Below the pieces are notes generated by a model that worked only from the letters and a program-made list of their open reading frames with translations, did no database searches and had not been told where the DNA came from. From Tubulanus polymorphus (Eukaryota > Animalia > Nemertea), in the NCBI RefSeq assembly GCF_964204645.1, contig NC_134033.1:7262655-7326654 (forward strand): DNA of 64,000 bases, in the 5' to 3' direction. The translations under genes and the position numbers were made by a program. This document shows, piece by piece, positions 38,965-53,000 of the stretch (within the stretch, counting starts at the first letter, position 1; each line of letters begins with the position of its first letter).

Positions 38965-40243
38965 ACGAGTGGGAGTTATATAAGTCCTTCTAAGATTTCT
39001 AGAATATCTAATGCCATTAAAGCGGAAAGATCACGTCATATAATTACACATAATCCTTCAAATATTAATCCCGATGAAACTTTATATGTTAGAATTCCTA
39101 GATTAACACAAAATACTTTTTATGTTCCAAATAGTATTTATTTATCGGCTGATATAAAAGTAATTGGTCATGATAATAATTATGTTGTTGATAATGTTGG
39201 GAGATATTTGATTAAAAAATTAACTATAAAGATTGGTCCAGAAACAGTTTTCTCATTAGATGATTATAATTTATTTATGCATTATAAAGATTTATGGTTA
39301 ACTAAAGAAAATAGAAATAATATGATATTTCAGGGTATTCAATCGGAAAACCATAATAAATTAAGATCTGCGGCCAATAATGCAGTAGTAACTAATGCTG
39401 TAGATAATTTGATAAAAAAGATTTATGGAAGCAAATATAAAATTCCATTAGACTTTGAATTGATAAATAATAATGCACCTTTATATAAATATATATTATA
39501 TAAATATGTAATTCAAGAAGATATTATATTTGAGATAACATTTGCTCCTGTAAATGAAATTGTATTATCTAGCATTGTTAAAGATATGGGATATAAATTA
39601 TCGAATATATGCTTAGAATATGATACAGTAACTAATGAAAATATTGCATTAAGTATTATATTATAACACAATTCAAACTCAATACAATCAAGGATTTTCA
39701 TTATTATATGATTATATTGATAAATTTAAAACTGTAACTATTAATGCAAATGATGAAATAATTAATGAGAATATTAACTTCCCAAGAAGATCTATTAAAG
39801 GTATATTAATATTTTTTACCATTGCAACATATTCTAATGGCGCAATAAAGGTAGATAATTATTATAATCCTGAAATAACAAAAGTAGAAATAAATATCGA
39901 AGGAATAGCAAATAAAATATTTTGTCAAGGAATGAGAATGATTGATCAATGGCCAAAAATTAGAAAACATTTTATGAATGAAAAAGTAAAATCATTTGAA
40001 AATTGTAATATTAATCAAATTGATTATTATACCGGCAATAAATATGCATTATGGTTAGATTTTAGAACAACAGAGGATAATTCATTACATGGTTCTGGGA
40101 AAAAACTACAGAACACAAAAGATGGAATACAATTATTCATGGCAAAGAAAAAAGGAATCAAAAATTTTAAAATGCACATTTATATTATATCTGACGCACA
40201 ATTAAATATTGTAAATTCACAATTAGATAGTATTCAATATTAG
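38965..40243 (+). pseudogene. Probable major capsid protein (double jelly-roll); start codon mutated to ACG, frameshift ~39660
   Basis: The frame is open from ATAA-ACG at 38965 (HNPSNINPDETLYVRIP...), ~420 codons and beta-rich, ending ALWLDFRTTEDNSLHGSG...HIYIISDAQLNI. Size and position fit an MCP. The fold is inferred. Confidence 0.7.
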
Positions 40244-40273
40244 AAATATAAAGTTAAAATTAAGGATATATAA

Positions 40274-41393
40274 ATGGGTGGTAAAAAAACTCCTAATACT
40301 AAAGAACAATATTTAAGAAATTTATATTACAACCCTGAGAGTTCGGTTGCTTATTCTTCTACCAAAAATATACGGCGTCAAGTAAAACAAGATAAATTAG
40401 ATAAGATAATCCCACAAAATTTAGTTAAATATAAAGATATAAATGAATTTATGTTAGAACAACCAAGATACACAACACATAAAAAAATTGTTAGAAAATA
40501 TAAAACACGTAAAACTATGGTAAGTTATGTAGATCAACGGTGGCAAGGAGATTTAATTGATATGAAAAATGTTAAGAAAGATAATGATGATTATTGGTGG
40601 TTATTGAATATAATTGATATTTTTAGTCGTTATGTATGGAGTTTCCCACTTTATAGAAAAGATGCTGTACAAACATCAAATGTTTTAAGAAAATTTCTTT
40701 CGGATGATAAACTAAAACCAGAAAAAATACAATTTGATGATGGAAAAGAATTTGATAATTCACTTGTTCATGAACTCTTAGACAATCATAATATTAAATA
40801 TTTTTCAACAAAATCGGATAAAAAAGCAGCAGTTGTTGAACGATTTAATAGAACATTAAGAACAAGAATGTGGAAATATTTTACAGCAAATAATACTTTT
40901 AAATGGATTGATGTTTTACCAAAATTGATAGAAGGATATAATAATTCTTATCATTCTTCTATTGGAATGAAACCTATTGATGCTAGAAAACCTAAAAATT
41001 CTGAAATTGTTTGGAATAATTTATATGGAGCATTTCTTGTAGATGATTTTGGTGAACCTAAATTTAAAGTTGGTCAAAATGTTAGAATTTTGTTAGATAT
41101 GTTAGATATTTGACAAGGGATACGATCGAAATTTTACTAGGGAAATATATAAAAATAAAAAAGGTAATAAAAACAAAACCATATGTCTAGATTTAGATGG
41201 TGAAGAAGTTGATGGCTACTTCTACGAAGAAGAATTAAGTTTAACTACTGAAAATCTAGAACAAGAATATAAAATTGAAAAAGTATTAAAAACAAAAACT
41301 ATTAAAAGAAAAAAATATTCTTTAGTAAAATGGGTTGGATGGCCAGATAAATTCAATGAATGGATATTATCAAGTAAAATTAAAAATATATAA
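40274..41393 (+). pseudogene. int: Retroviral-like (rve) DDE integrase with C-terminal chromodomain
   Basis: The DDE triad is WQGDLID, QFDDGKEF and VVERFNRTL. After frameshifts the sequence reads FDKGYDRNFTREIY and YKIEKVLK...LVKWVGWPDKFNEWI (chromo-like). Confidence 0.93.
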
Positions 41394-42002
41394 ATGAATA
41401 AGGAATTATCTATATTTGAGCCTCATAATATGTTAATTTCTGGTGTAACAAATTGTGGAAAAACTTATTTTATATTAAATTTATTAGAAACTGTTTATAA
41501 AAAATATTTTGATAAGATAGTATTATTTTGTCCAACATATGAATTTAATCAAACTTATGATAGAAATATTACTAGAAATAATAAATTTATTATATTAGAT
41601 CCTAAAACAGTAAAAGAAAATTTAGATAATTGCATTAAAATAGCAATTGATATTTATAAAGGATCAAATACATTATTCATTATAGATGATTGTGCTAATC
41701 TACATGATTCAAAAGTTAGAGAGAGTGAGTTATGCTATTTAGCTTTTTCTGGCAGACATTTTGGGATAACAACTTGGCTTTTAAATCAAAAATATAATTC
41801 AATTGTTAAAGACTTTAGAGAAAACATTCGATTTCTAGTTTTATTCTACAATAAAGATAGAAAATCGATGAAAAATGCACTTGAGGAAAATGATATTATT
41901 CCACATGATTTACATAATGAATATATGGATAAATTGAAAAATATCAAAAGATCAAAATTACTATTTAGATTACAACACCCATTTAAATATGAATTTATTT
42001 AA
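41394..42002 (+). CDS. A32-like/FtsK-HerA DNA packaging ATPase, 202 aa
   Basis: Walker A is GVTNCGKT and Walker B is LFIIDD. The Arg-finger motif GRH and the conserved Q are present. The ORF is intact. Confidence 0.92.
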   Translation: MNKELSIFEPHNMLISGVTNCGKTYFILNLLETVYKKYFDKIVLFCPTYEFNQTYDRNITRNNKFIILDPKTVKENLDNCIKIAIDIYKGSNTLFIIDDCANLHDSKVRESELCYLAFSGRHFGITTWLLNQKYNSIVKDFRENIRFLVLFYNKDRKSMKNALEENDIIPHDLHNEYMDKLKNIKRSKLLFRLQHPFKYEFI

Positions 42003-42003
42003 A

Positions 42004-42177
42004 TTCAACTAGCTTGTTAATCTAGTTTAATTCTAGTTACATTCTAGTTGAATTCTAGTTGTTAGTAGTTGGAACAAAATCAACTAGATTTAACAAGAAA
42101 TAAACAAAAACAACAATATTTCAACTAGCTTGTTAATCTAGTTGAATTCTAGTTACATTCTAGTTGAATTCTAGTTG
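42004..42177. repeat. Intergenic CTAGTT-rich direct repeat (2 x ~58 bp) with an inverted partial copy between
   Basis: TTCAACTAGCTTGTTAATCTAGTT...CTAGTTG occurs at ~42004 and ~42120. CAACTAGATTTAACAAG lies at ~42081. Confidence 0.75.
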
Positions 42178-42661
42178 CAACATCACAAATAATTTTTTTG
42201 TTATATAAATGGTAGGTGAAAAGAAAATAAAATCTAAAAATGGTGATGTTCCAATTGAAAAAACTTTAGATGATTTAGGAATAACAGAAAACAAATTAAT
42301 TCCAGATGATGGTGCTTTAAATAATGTTACAACAAATAATAGTTATGAATATTATCTTTATTGTTAACATCAATTAGAAATATTAATAGCATCTGGAAAA
42401 TGTAAAAATTTTATCGGTAAAAATTTAACTTATAATGAAATTGGTGAATGAATGAATGAATATATTTTTCTCAAATGTATAATACATAATATAATAGTAT
42501 AATAATTGTTGTACATGATTATTGAATATATACATTCAAGCAGGACAGCCCCAAGCCCTAAGGGCTGTACCTAATTGGGGGGATGCCCTGGTATGATTTG
42601 ATACCATGATACAATTAATGAGAATACAATAATAATTAATGACAACATAATTGACATCAAA

Positions 42662-42900
<239 letters not shown>

Positions 42901-42965
42901 TATATAAATATTTTCGAAAACAAATGAAGGTAGGCAACACAAAAAAGGTTTCATTTTAGAATTAA

Positions 42966-45900
42966 TTAATAGTTCAAGAGTGTAGTTTTTTTTAATCGTG
43001 AGATAAAAGAATTTATGGTAGCAGCTTTGCGAAGATGATCATCAGTGTTCTGCCAAAGAATTGGAGTTCTACTTAAAAAAGAATCGTGAAAGAGTTTCGT
43101 GGTATGAAATTGGACTCTGGCATTATTCCTGTTTCTAGTGTTATAATTGTGGAATTTTGAATTTAAATCTAGTAAATTGTAGATAGACAAAGGGAGCTTT
43201 TTATGAGAATGATTAAATCCAAATTTAAGAATTTCTAATTTGACAAGATCGGCAAATTTTAAAATTTTGTATTTTTTGAAAATAGGGGATGTTGGTGCAT
43301 TGAAGGCAGCATTATCTATGAGTCGTACAGTTTTTTTCTGGATTTTGAAAATACTATTAGTTTGCTCAGAGGAAAGCAGTGGACCCCAGACAACCAGTGC
43401 ATAAATAAGATGACAGTGAATATATGAATTGTAAATAGTTTTTTTCAAAAAACCTGGGAACATATTCTTAACAGTCCTTAGCAGGTACACATTTTTATTC
43501 ATTTTATTGATAAGCTGTTTAATATGCAAATTCCAATTGAGATCAGCATCAATATTTAATCCTAGAAATTTACAGTCAGTAGATAATTCTATATTTAAAT
43601 TTTCTAATTCTATTTTTAAGTTGTCTGATCTCAATAGATGCCTTTTTGGTTTGAATAGAAAGTATTTAGTTTTTTCAATGTTCAGGGTAAGTTGATTGGC
43701 ATGGAACCAGGAGGTTAATAATTTTAAATCATTTTTAGCATTTTGAAACAGTTCAGAAATATTCTTTTCAGTACATAGAAGGTTTGTATCATCGGCAAAT
43801 TAGATGGCTTTAGAATGTTTGAGATTATTATTTAGATCGTTAATGTAAACAAGAAAGAGAAGCGGACCTAAGACTGAGCCTTGTGGTACTCCATGCGTAA
43901 GCATGTTGAAAGTCGAGTCAGCATTATTGTAGTGAACATAAATTTTTCTATCTTTGAGATAACTATGAAACCAGTTGAATACGTGTCCCCTAATTCCATA
44001 GTGATATAATTTATAGAGTAGTTTGTCAATATTTAACGAGTCAAATGCCTTAGATAGGTCAAGACATATACCCAAAGAAAAATTTCTTTTTTCTAAATTA
44101 GCGATAATGTTACCAATAAAATCAGCTATGGCATGAGTTGTAGAATGATTTGGTCTGAAGCCATATTGCGTAGTATTTAGAATTTCAAATTTAAACAAGA
44201 AATGATATAGTCGCTTATGAACAAGTTTTTCCAAGATCTTGGATAAGACTGGTAGTAGGGAAATTGGACGGTAATTGTTTAGAGTCTGTTTGCTTCCAGT
44301 TTTATGAAGAGGAATAACCTTTGCTATTTTCATTTTATCTGGGAATTTGCCTTCTTGAAGAGATTTATTACAAAGAATAGTCATAGGATTAATAATTGAG
44401 GGAGCAATAAATTTCAATAGTTTATTGCTTAAAATATCTGGACCCGTACTTTGTTTAGGCGAAAGCTGGTTGATCATTTTAAATATTTCCTCACTATTTG
44501 TAGGTTGCAGGAACATAACATTGTCATTTTTATTGGGAAGAAATGCCATAAAATTAGTAGTAGTGTTAGGTATTTTTTCTGAATACTTTCTGCCAACCGA
44601 AGAAAAGAAATCATTAAATGCAAGACTAATTTCGGAATTATCAGTAACCGTTTTTCCATCAATCTTAAAATTTGTCGTAATTGATGTTTTATCATTAGTC
44701 TTGCCAATTAGTTCTTTAATGAATTGCCACATTTTACGACAGTTTTTTCCAGAGGAATTAATTTTGTAATTATAAAAATCTATTTTTTGACGTCTTTTAA
44801 CATAGCTGAGCCGATTATGATAATTTATATAGTTTTTATAACGTTGGTCTGATTTATCTAACCCAATAACTTTTTTGTATAGATTATCACATTTCTTTGA
44901 GGATCTCAGAATAGAGTTAGTCATCCACGGCTCAATTAATTTGTTTTTCTTTTTTTAATTTCTGGAGCTATACTATTAATAGTATTAGTAATATTTGTCA
45001 TAATAAAGTCATACGATTCACTACAATTCATATTATCCAAATTTGACCAGTTAACATTTAAAAGGGTGTTATTTATTGATTGTATATTTTTAGCATTAAG
45101 GTTACGGGAGAAGAATTCATTTGTTGTTGGTCTAACATTATATACAATAGAAACGAAACAAGGCAAGTGATCCGAAATATCAGTTAGTAGTATTGCACTA
45201 GTGTGATTACTATTTAGTTCGGGAGAGAGGTATATGTTATCAATTAGAGTAGCAGTGGACTTTGTGATTCTTGTAGGTCGCAGTATTGTAGGGCATAGAC
45301 TATTGTTTAGGTTGATTTCTAAGAATTTTGATGTATTTTTATGACTATTGATCTTAATGTAGTCTAAATTCTGATCCATACCAAGAACTATCTCTGATTT
45401 TTCGTTATTAATTTTTGTAATTAAAGTTCTGTATTTTTCAAGAAACATTAGATCGCTATTGCCAGGTACTCTATATAATTCACCAATAATAATTTTCTTT
45501 TTAGATTGAGTTTTAGGATAAATTTCTATGAAACAAAATTCAAATTTACCTTCTTCAAAAATGTCCAAATCAGTTCTCGGGTTGTACGATATATTATCAT
45601 TAACGTAGATGGCGACTCCTCCTTGAGATAAATTCAGTCTATGATTTTCAATTAAATGATAGTTAGATAATTTACAAAGAGGTGCATTTTTATCTGTTAG
45701 AAAGGTTTCACATATCATTATGACATCTATAATAATACTTTGATTTTTAAAGATTTCTATCATAATTTTGAGTTTATCAATTTTTGAATAGAGACTACGT
45801 ACATTCAGTTGTAAGATATTAAGGTTGTTGGTAGTATTGAAATTATATACATCTTTCAGGTCACTGGGTTTAGTATATGGACATTGATTACTATCTAAAA

Positions 45901-45994
45901 TCAGATCATCATCAATGATTGAATTTAAATAATAATTTTTATCATTAGCTTTTTGTTTGAATAATTTAAAAAAATCTGTGTTGCCAAGACACAT
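42966..45994 (-). pseudogene. LINE ORF2: AP endonuclease + reverse transcriptase
   Basis: APE motifs are QLNVRSL, ICETF, GGVAIY, TLIDNIY and SDH. RT motifs are YRPISLL, DLSKAFD, GVPQGSVLGP and FADD. There is one frameshift (~44930) and one TAA (43800). Confidence 0.95.
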
Positions 45995-46793
45995 AATAAT
46001 TTAGAACAAATACGTAAAACCAAAAAGAAGAAAATTTGATAAGGAAAAAAAAGAAAAAAAAAAGAGTTTGTAATAAACAAAAAAAAAAATGCACAAAAAG
46101 ATGCTGACCTTTGACCGCCGTATACGGCAATAGTCAGCTAGTACTTGGTAGGTAGTTGATTAAATCAACTATGAGGCCAAGGCATATGTGTCAAGGTTAC
46201 AAATGAATCTTATATTTTAGTCAAACAGATTTAGAGATAAGCACTGTAGTTTGTGTTTATAATATTGACTACGTACTTTGAAATAATATGATCATCAATA
46301 GGAAAAATAAATCAAAATAAAATAAAGTAAATACTCTGTTGAAACCACGCTATCAACTGAGTTAAAAATAGTTGACAATTTACATACTTAGCTTCTTTAC
46401 TTTAAACTATCGAGTAATAGTGTCACCGAGTAACTTAAGAATATGCCAAGTCTTAGAAAAGGCAGACATACAAAAGTAAGAAACAGTATACAATATACAG
46501 TTCACCAGTATAGATGTGTCCTAGGTCATACCGGTAATACTAAATAAGTGTGTTTGAGCTTTTAGGTAATTTAGTTATAAATATTCATACTTTTTGGCTA
46601 TCATGACACTTGAGGGAAAACCAATTCAGCTTTAACGGTGTCACTCTTGAAATAGATGCTTACTTATTGAATGATTAAGTTATGTACAGATATTATGTTA
46701 GGTCATTAATCGAAAAAGATTATCCGCAAGAATTAATTACACCGGTATATGAATCATTTAAAAAGTCACCTTTTGGATCATATCTCTAGTCCT

Positions 46794-47678
46794 TTATGGA
46801 AGATTCTCAAATAACTTCAGTCTAATTATCTGTCCATTTTTAATTGCAAGCACCTTGCCATGAGATACAAACACAGTCTCGTATTTACCACTTTTGGAAG
46901 CATCATCCCTAAGTTTGGATACTTCAGGCGCTAAGTCCTCCTGTATAACAAATCCGGTTCCTTTAAGTTTTTTCCTGTTTTGTAGAACACGATCTCTAAT
47001 TCCACGAAATTTAAAACGCACAATTATGCCCGGTGGCTTTGGCTTAACAGAATTATTCGGTTGGTGACGCTGTATCAATCTATGTGCAACTTCAATATCA
47101 TCCTGTGATACTTTTTCGCCCTGTGGTAGTTGCAGCTTTTTAATCACTTTGTCAATTACAATTTTGGAACAATTTTCATTGTCTTTTACCGCTGGTAAAG
47201 AGGGACCATATATTCGTAAATTGTTTCTACGCGAGTATTGGTTATTCTCTACTACTCCGATTTTGAGTTTTTTTATATCCAATTTAAGAGAATTATTTTC
47301 AGTTGTTAGTTCAGTTACTTTTATTTCGTAGTCTTTGATTGTTTTTTCCATCATGCCAATTCGGTCAGTTAGAGATTTAATTTCAGTCTGAACAATTGTC
47401 GTTATTTCTGCAGTCAAAGTTTTTTTGAACTGATCCATATATGTTTCCATGTAGGTTATCGTAAGTGTTTCAGCTGATTCACTTGAATTAGATGAAGCCG
47501 GCCTAGGACGTTTATTACAGCGATTGTTTGTACTGGTATTAGAGTCTTCCATGAGATTATCTGCATCGCTGAACACTTCATCTGCCGTTGGTTCTTTATT
47601 CTGGCCTTGTTCTATAGACGGATCTTTTGTGAAGGCTGTTATAGTAGTCTGAGTCTGAGACGCCATGTCATCTGTCAA
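46794..47678 (-). CDS. LINE ORF1 (coiled coil + RRM-like RNA-binding domain), 294 aa
   Basis: A coiled coil is followed by NQYSRRNNLRIYG, IEVAHRL, IIVRF and IQEDL. The ORF is intact. Confidence 0.9.
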   Translation of the reverse strand: MTDDMASQTQTTITAFTKDPSIEQGQNKEPTADEVFSDADNLMEDSNTSTNNRCNKRPRPASSNSSESAETLTITYMETYMDQFKKTLTAEITTIVQTEIKSLTDRIGMMEKTIKDYEIKVTELTTENNSLKLDIKKLKIGVVENNQYSRRNNLRIYGPSLPAVKDNENCSKIVIDKVIKKLQLPQGEKVSQDDIEVAHRLIQRHQPNNSVKPKPPGIIVRFKFRGIRDRVLQNRKKLKGTGFVIQEDLAPEVSKLRDDASKSGKYETVFVSHGKVLAIKNGQIIRLKLFENLP

Positions 47679-48309
47679 TCAGCTGTCACTCAGTCACAAC
47701 ACAAATAGATATATGTTTAATCCTTTATAGACCAACGACGAAAATAAGTGAGTGAGTAGAGTAGTCCATGACACCTGTCACTGTTGATATTTTTCGCATT
47801 GATATTCACAAAATATTCACAAATTCACTCAAACGGCACATATCCGATCAGAAAAATTTCAAGACATCTCTAGATCCGACCGAGATAATTTAGCTTTTCG
47901 CAATGATACAAAAATCTCTAAATTATTTCCGACACATACCCCCGAAAAAGGCAGTTTTCAGGAGCTAAGTGCGCACACGACTGACCAGGTCGGCCATATT
48001 TTGTTGATACAATGAAATCAGATGAAATTATTAGATTATTTAAGATTCATGAAACCGCGAGAACAGCTAGAATTAATGACGCGATATCAGAAAATGTAGT
48101 AAAAGGTTACAGTAAATTATGTAATTATATGCTGCTAATTCAAGATGAAAATAGATTATATGCTGATTTAAAAAATGATTATTTAGTTATGACCGAATTA
48201 AATAAATGGATTGGATATTTATCATTTCAATTAGGTGGATTTATGACATTATTATCAACTGGAGTTATAACATTTTCAAATATTGAAAGTAAAAATATTT
48301 CTATAATAA

Positions 48310-48663
48310 ATGAACAAGGTGGAAGAAGTGAAGAAAAAACCGAGATCACAGAAACAAATTGAATGGTCTCGGCAATTAGGAATTAAATCACAAGAATATA
48401 AAAAAGCTGTAAAAGAAAAAATAAGTAATAAAAATGTTAATAAAAATGGTGAAAATATTGTTATTTCTACTCCTTCTAATGATAGAATATTTGATAAATG
48501 TCTATATTTTACAGTTGGATTTGTAATTGTATTCATTTTGATTGGGTGTAATTGGTATAAGAAATCAAATAAAATTCATGATATTAATAATTCTGAAACA
48601 ACTGCTATCAAAAATGAAAATACTTCTGAAATTCCAAAATTGATAATAAAAAAAATGGATTAA
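48310..48663 (+). CDS. Single-TM Polinton protein, 117 aa
   Basis: ATAAATG start, a basic N-terminus and the TM segment LYFTVGFVIVFILIGCNW. Confidence 0.7.
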   Translation: MNKVEEVKKKPRSQKQIEWSRQLGIKSQEYKKAVKEKISNKNVNKNGENIVISTPSNDRIFDKCLYFTVGFVIVFILIGCNWYKKSNKIHDINNSETTAIKNENTSEIPKLIIKKMD

Positions 48664-49602
48664 TATTTAGAAAAAAAGCAAAAAAAAATAATTGAATATC
48701 TCACTACTTTTGTCTATCTATGCGGAGCAATTAAATTGTCCAGATAAGTCATTTCGGATTCTAGATATTCATCATTTTTATTAATTTATTTTGTTTTTAC
48801 TTGAATATTGTATTACAGTCGTTTCTTATTATTAGTTTTTTCTTAAATTGAAAGATGGCAGCACTGGGTGTGATGCTAAAATGAATATTTGAATTTGAAT
48901 TTGTTAATCAATTAACATGGTAATTGATTACTAATTTGATTAAAAATTATATCATAATTAAGTTAAAAATTTATAATTCATTTATCAGTTTTCATTCTTA
49001 TATTCTTTTCATTCGGAATAATTTATAATTTCAAATTTCACATATTTTTTTAGCACCAGCAACATTTACTTAGGTGTTTTAGCTAAGTATATTCACTTCA
49101 TTCGACCCCTGGAGTGCCGCCGGGCTTGGCTTGCATTGCAGGGGCATTTCGAAAATGCACCTTTGTCCACCCTCCGTGGTTCTCCTTCAGTTTCGACTTT
49201 GAAGGAGAATTGGTGAGGTGTGGGTCACAGGGGTGTAATTAGAAATGCTTGGGGATAGGTATCTCGTGGCGCCTCTCAATAACGGGATGCTTATCCCCTA
49301 AAAACTCTTTGAGTCAAGTCGGGTGGTTTTGCTAAAACTTACCGTAAAAACATTGAAATATTCCTTTTAATCACGAGAGAGAGAATGTATCCTGTCCTGT
49401 GTGTGTTGTATGTACTGCGTGCTTATTATATAACTGCTATAACAACAACGTTGAATTGCAACACCTGTTTGACCAATCAATATTCAAATGAAGCACTCTC
49501 TTATAATAACATGTAACAGATGTTTGGCTGTATGATTGTAGTTGTTTGTAAAACGACTAAGGTCATTTTGGATTCTAGATATTAATTATTTTTATTTTTT
49601 AT

Positions 49603-49928
49603 TTAATCAACAATTTCTAAATCATGATGACCGTCTTCATTTTTCCCATGGTAGATTATTTTAAATCCTTCTAAATCTTTTAATTCCTCTGTACTCAATG
49701 AAACCCATTTATCGGGTAAAAATACTTTAAATTCTCGCGATGTACTAACATTACAGTAGCTTAAATTAGCTGATACTTTCTCTCCATATTTAGTTTTTAT
49801 CTTTTCTATTTTCAATATTTTATGTTCAATTTCTTTTGTAACATCAACTAACTTTTTTATTTCAAATTGTTTTTTGCTGGTTTTATTCTGTTATTTATTG
49901 TTGCTAAGAATGCTTTTCTATCTCCCAT
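49603..49928 (-). pseudogene. Small beta-rich protein starting in the right TIR (possible OB-fold/SSB), one frameshift
   Basis: ATAAATG at 49928 gives MGDRKAF..., which shifts into ...KTKYGEKVSANL...FKVFLPDKW. The function is inferred only. Confidence 0.5.
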
Positions 49929-50005
49929 TTATTAGGAAAAAAAATTACTTGTGGTGATGAGTGGTGTCTCGTCCTCCGGTATGAAACCCACATCTTCCTA
50001 TTACT

Positions 50006-53000
50006 CTTATCAGGGGGTTCCAATTTTACCAAAATAGTGTTTAGATACCTAGCGGGTTGTTTGACTACACGACCTGACCTAGTAGTATTTTGACCATTTT
50101 CTGCTTTGACAGAGATAGGACTAGCTTGAACACTAGGTGAAGGGAAATTATCTGCTAACATAGGAATAGGACTGTGCCGCATAGGAGGCTGAATATCAGG
50201 AGTTCTGGCTTCAGGAGTCACAGGAACCCGATCGGTGTTTTTGGAGCATTTTGTTTTGGAACATTTAGTACCCTGTGGTCTGATATGTCCTGAGGGTCAA
50301 CCTCTTGAGCGTCGTTGTCAGTCTGTATCCTCTCTGCCCTATCAAAAATAGTCTGCTCTTCCTTCGTCTTCAGCAAATCTTTCCGGTTTCTTCTAAGTAC
50401 ATTCCCATTAGGGGTTAATACTGCATATGATCTGGGTTTCCGGGGTTGTCTGGTAACATCAGTGCTGGAGTCCAAGTTTTACCAGTTCTAATCCTGACTG
50501 TGTCATCAGTATTCAGCCTATCGAGAGGTCTTGTTCCTTTGTCGTAGTAGGCTTTAGCCTTAGCCCTGCGACGTTCCATATGGGCTCTCACAGCTTCAGG
50601 TTCTCGAATCTCAGGCTGTAATCTAGCGGGTGCTGTTGGCAAGTGAGTTTTCGTACGCCTACTGAACATTCGCTGTGCAGATGAACCCACAATATTGTCA
50701 CGAGGTGTATTTCTGATAACCAGTTAAGCCAAATAGGGGTCTTGGTTAGTTTGTGCACATTTTTTCAGCATTGATTTAGCTATGCCTACCGCTTTCCCAG
50801 CGAGACCATTCCCTTGCGGATGTTTCGGTGAAGATGGGTCATGCTTGAATCCATATCGTTCAGCAAATCTCCCAAACTCAAAACTATCAAATGGTGGGCC
50901 ATTGTCCGACGTGACTGTATCTGGTATACCATGTGTCGAAAACCATTTTCTCAGCTGTTTGACGACTCTTGGACCAGTAGCATCTGGACATAATTTCTCT
51001 ATCTCAAAGTACTCGCTATAGTAATCAACACATATCAACCATTTCTCACTTTCAAAATCAAATAGGTCTAAAGCCACATGTTTCCATGGTAACGTTGGTA
51101 CTAGAGATGCAATCATAGGCTCCTTTTCTTGCTGTCTTCTGTTCTCCTGACAACGTTCACATTTTGCTACCATGTCTTCTACCTGTTTGGTAATTCCAGG
51201 CCAGAAAAACAATTCTCTCGCAAAGTTCTTGTTTTTAACAATACCCTGGTGGCTACTATGAATGTCCGATAATACTTTATGTCTTAATGTGGAGGGAATG
51301 ATAATTCTTTCCCCTTTAAACAAAATACCATCTGTATAACAAATTTCCTCTCTATACTCATAGTAATTTCTAATTCTAGAATCAAGGCTCTGCTTACTTG
51401 CAGGCCAATCAGATACTACATACTTAATCAATTCTTGTAATGAGTCGTCTTTCCCAGTTTCTAATCTAACCTTATCTAACTTTTGAAAATTCAAATAGTA
51501 CACCGCCTTTACTTCGTTACTCGATATAGAAAATATGTGACTGAAGTCATTAAGAGCTGGACCTGTTTCGGGTAAATATGCCCTACTTAAGGCATCTGCA
51601 GCTGGAATAACTTTTCCGCTTTTAAGAACAATTTTGAAATCATACTGCTGCAATTTCAACCGCATTCTTTGTAACCTAAGAGGTACCTGGTTAAGAGGTT
51701 TTTGAAAAATTCTTTTAAGTGGCAGATGATCGGTGTCGACAATTATATCCTGTCTACCATATACATACGTATGGAATTTTCTAAACGCAAACACAATAGC
51801 TAAAAGCTCTTTTTCTATTCGGGCATATGCGTATTCGGCATCAGTAAGAGCCTTAATCGGTAATATCGGATCGGTTACACTATAAAATTTTAACACAGGT
51901 GCACTGGTCATCGCCTGCTTAATATTATTAACAGCGTCACTGTGGATTTATCAAAGTACCACATGAAATCCTCTTTATGGGATTCTTTTATTAACTGCCT
52001 TTAGCGGTTCTGTGATGTGTGACAGGTGAGGTAGAAATTTACAGACGTACGTTGCCATGCCTAGCAACCGTTGAATTTCGCCTACTGAACTGAACATAGG
52101 CATTTCTGTGACCGCTTTTACCTTCTCGGGGTCAATCTTACAACCTACATCAGATAAAATATGACCTGAATATTTAACTGAGCTCGCACAAGCTGCCAGT
52201 TTCCGTAATGAGAATTTAACATTCTTTTCTCTCGCTCTCTGAAGAACACTTTTTAATACGCGGTAATGTTCAATAGTATCTTTAGAGTCTAACAACATAT
52301 CATCAACTATAATGTTCACGTTTGGCAAATCACCAAAAATATCAACCATTCGGCGTTGAAATAATTCCGGTGCCGATTTTATACCCATTGGCAACCTTTT
52401 ATATCGGAAACGGCCAAAAGGTGTGTTAAAACTAGTTAGAGCCTTTGACTCATCATCCAATTCCAGCTGATAAAACCCTGAGTTAGCATCTAGAACCGTA
52501 AATAGTTTGCTGCCATGAACCTTGGTGAGCACTTCATCAACAGTAGTCATAGGAAAAACTTCCCTTATTAAGGCTTCATTTAAATCTTTAGGGTCGATAG
52601 TAACTCTAACATCGACATTGTCTTTCTTTAATAAAACGTGAACACTACTTAACCATGGTGTTTCTTCACCATCAGGTACTCTCTCAAGTATGTCCAGCCC
52701 CACTAGTTCCTCTAACTTCCGTTTTAAGGGAAGGCGCAATGGCGCAAGAACGCCTCGAGGAGGGTGTGAAACGGGTGTGGCGTGCTGGTCATACCTGAGC
52801 GATACTTTACCGGGAATCTTACCGATTCCATCAAATACATCAATATATTCATACAAGAGTTCTTTTATCTTCGGATCCGTACATTTTTCGATATTTTCAT
52901 GTTTCTGTTGATTCTGAATTTCGTTAGAGTTTTTTAATACTGGACCTTGGTGCTTCTTGTTAGTACCGGAATAGATACGTTTCACCAGATTTAATTTATT

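Noticed and set aside
26827-41393. Alternative genetic code or programmed frameshifting in the Polinton
   Set aside because: The disruptions are mixed (TAA, TGA, indels, ATG to ACG) and also affect the LINE, Gypsy and MULE. That fits neutral decay or some sequencing error.
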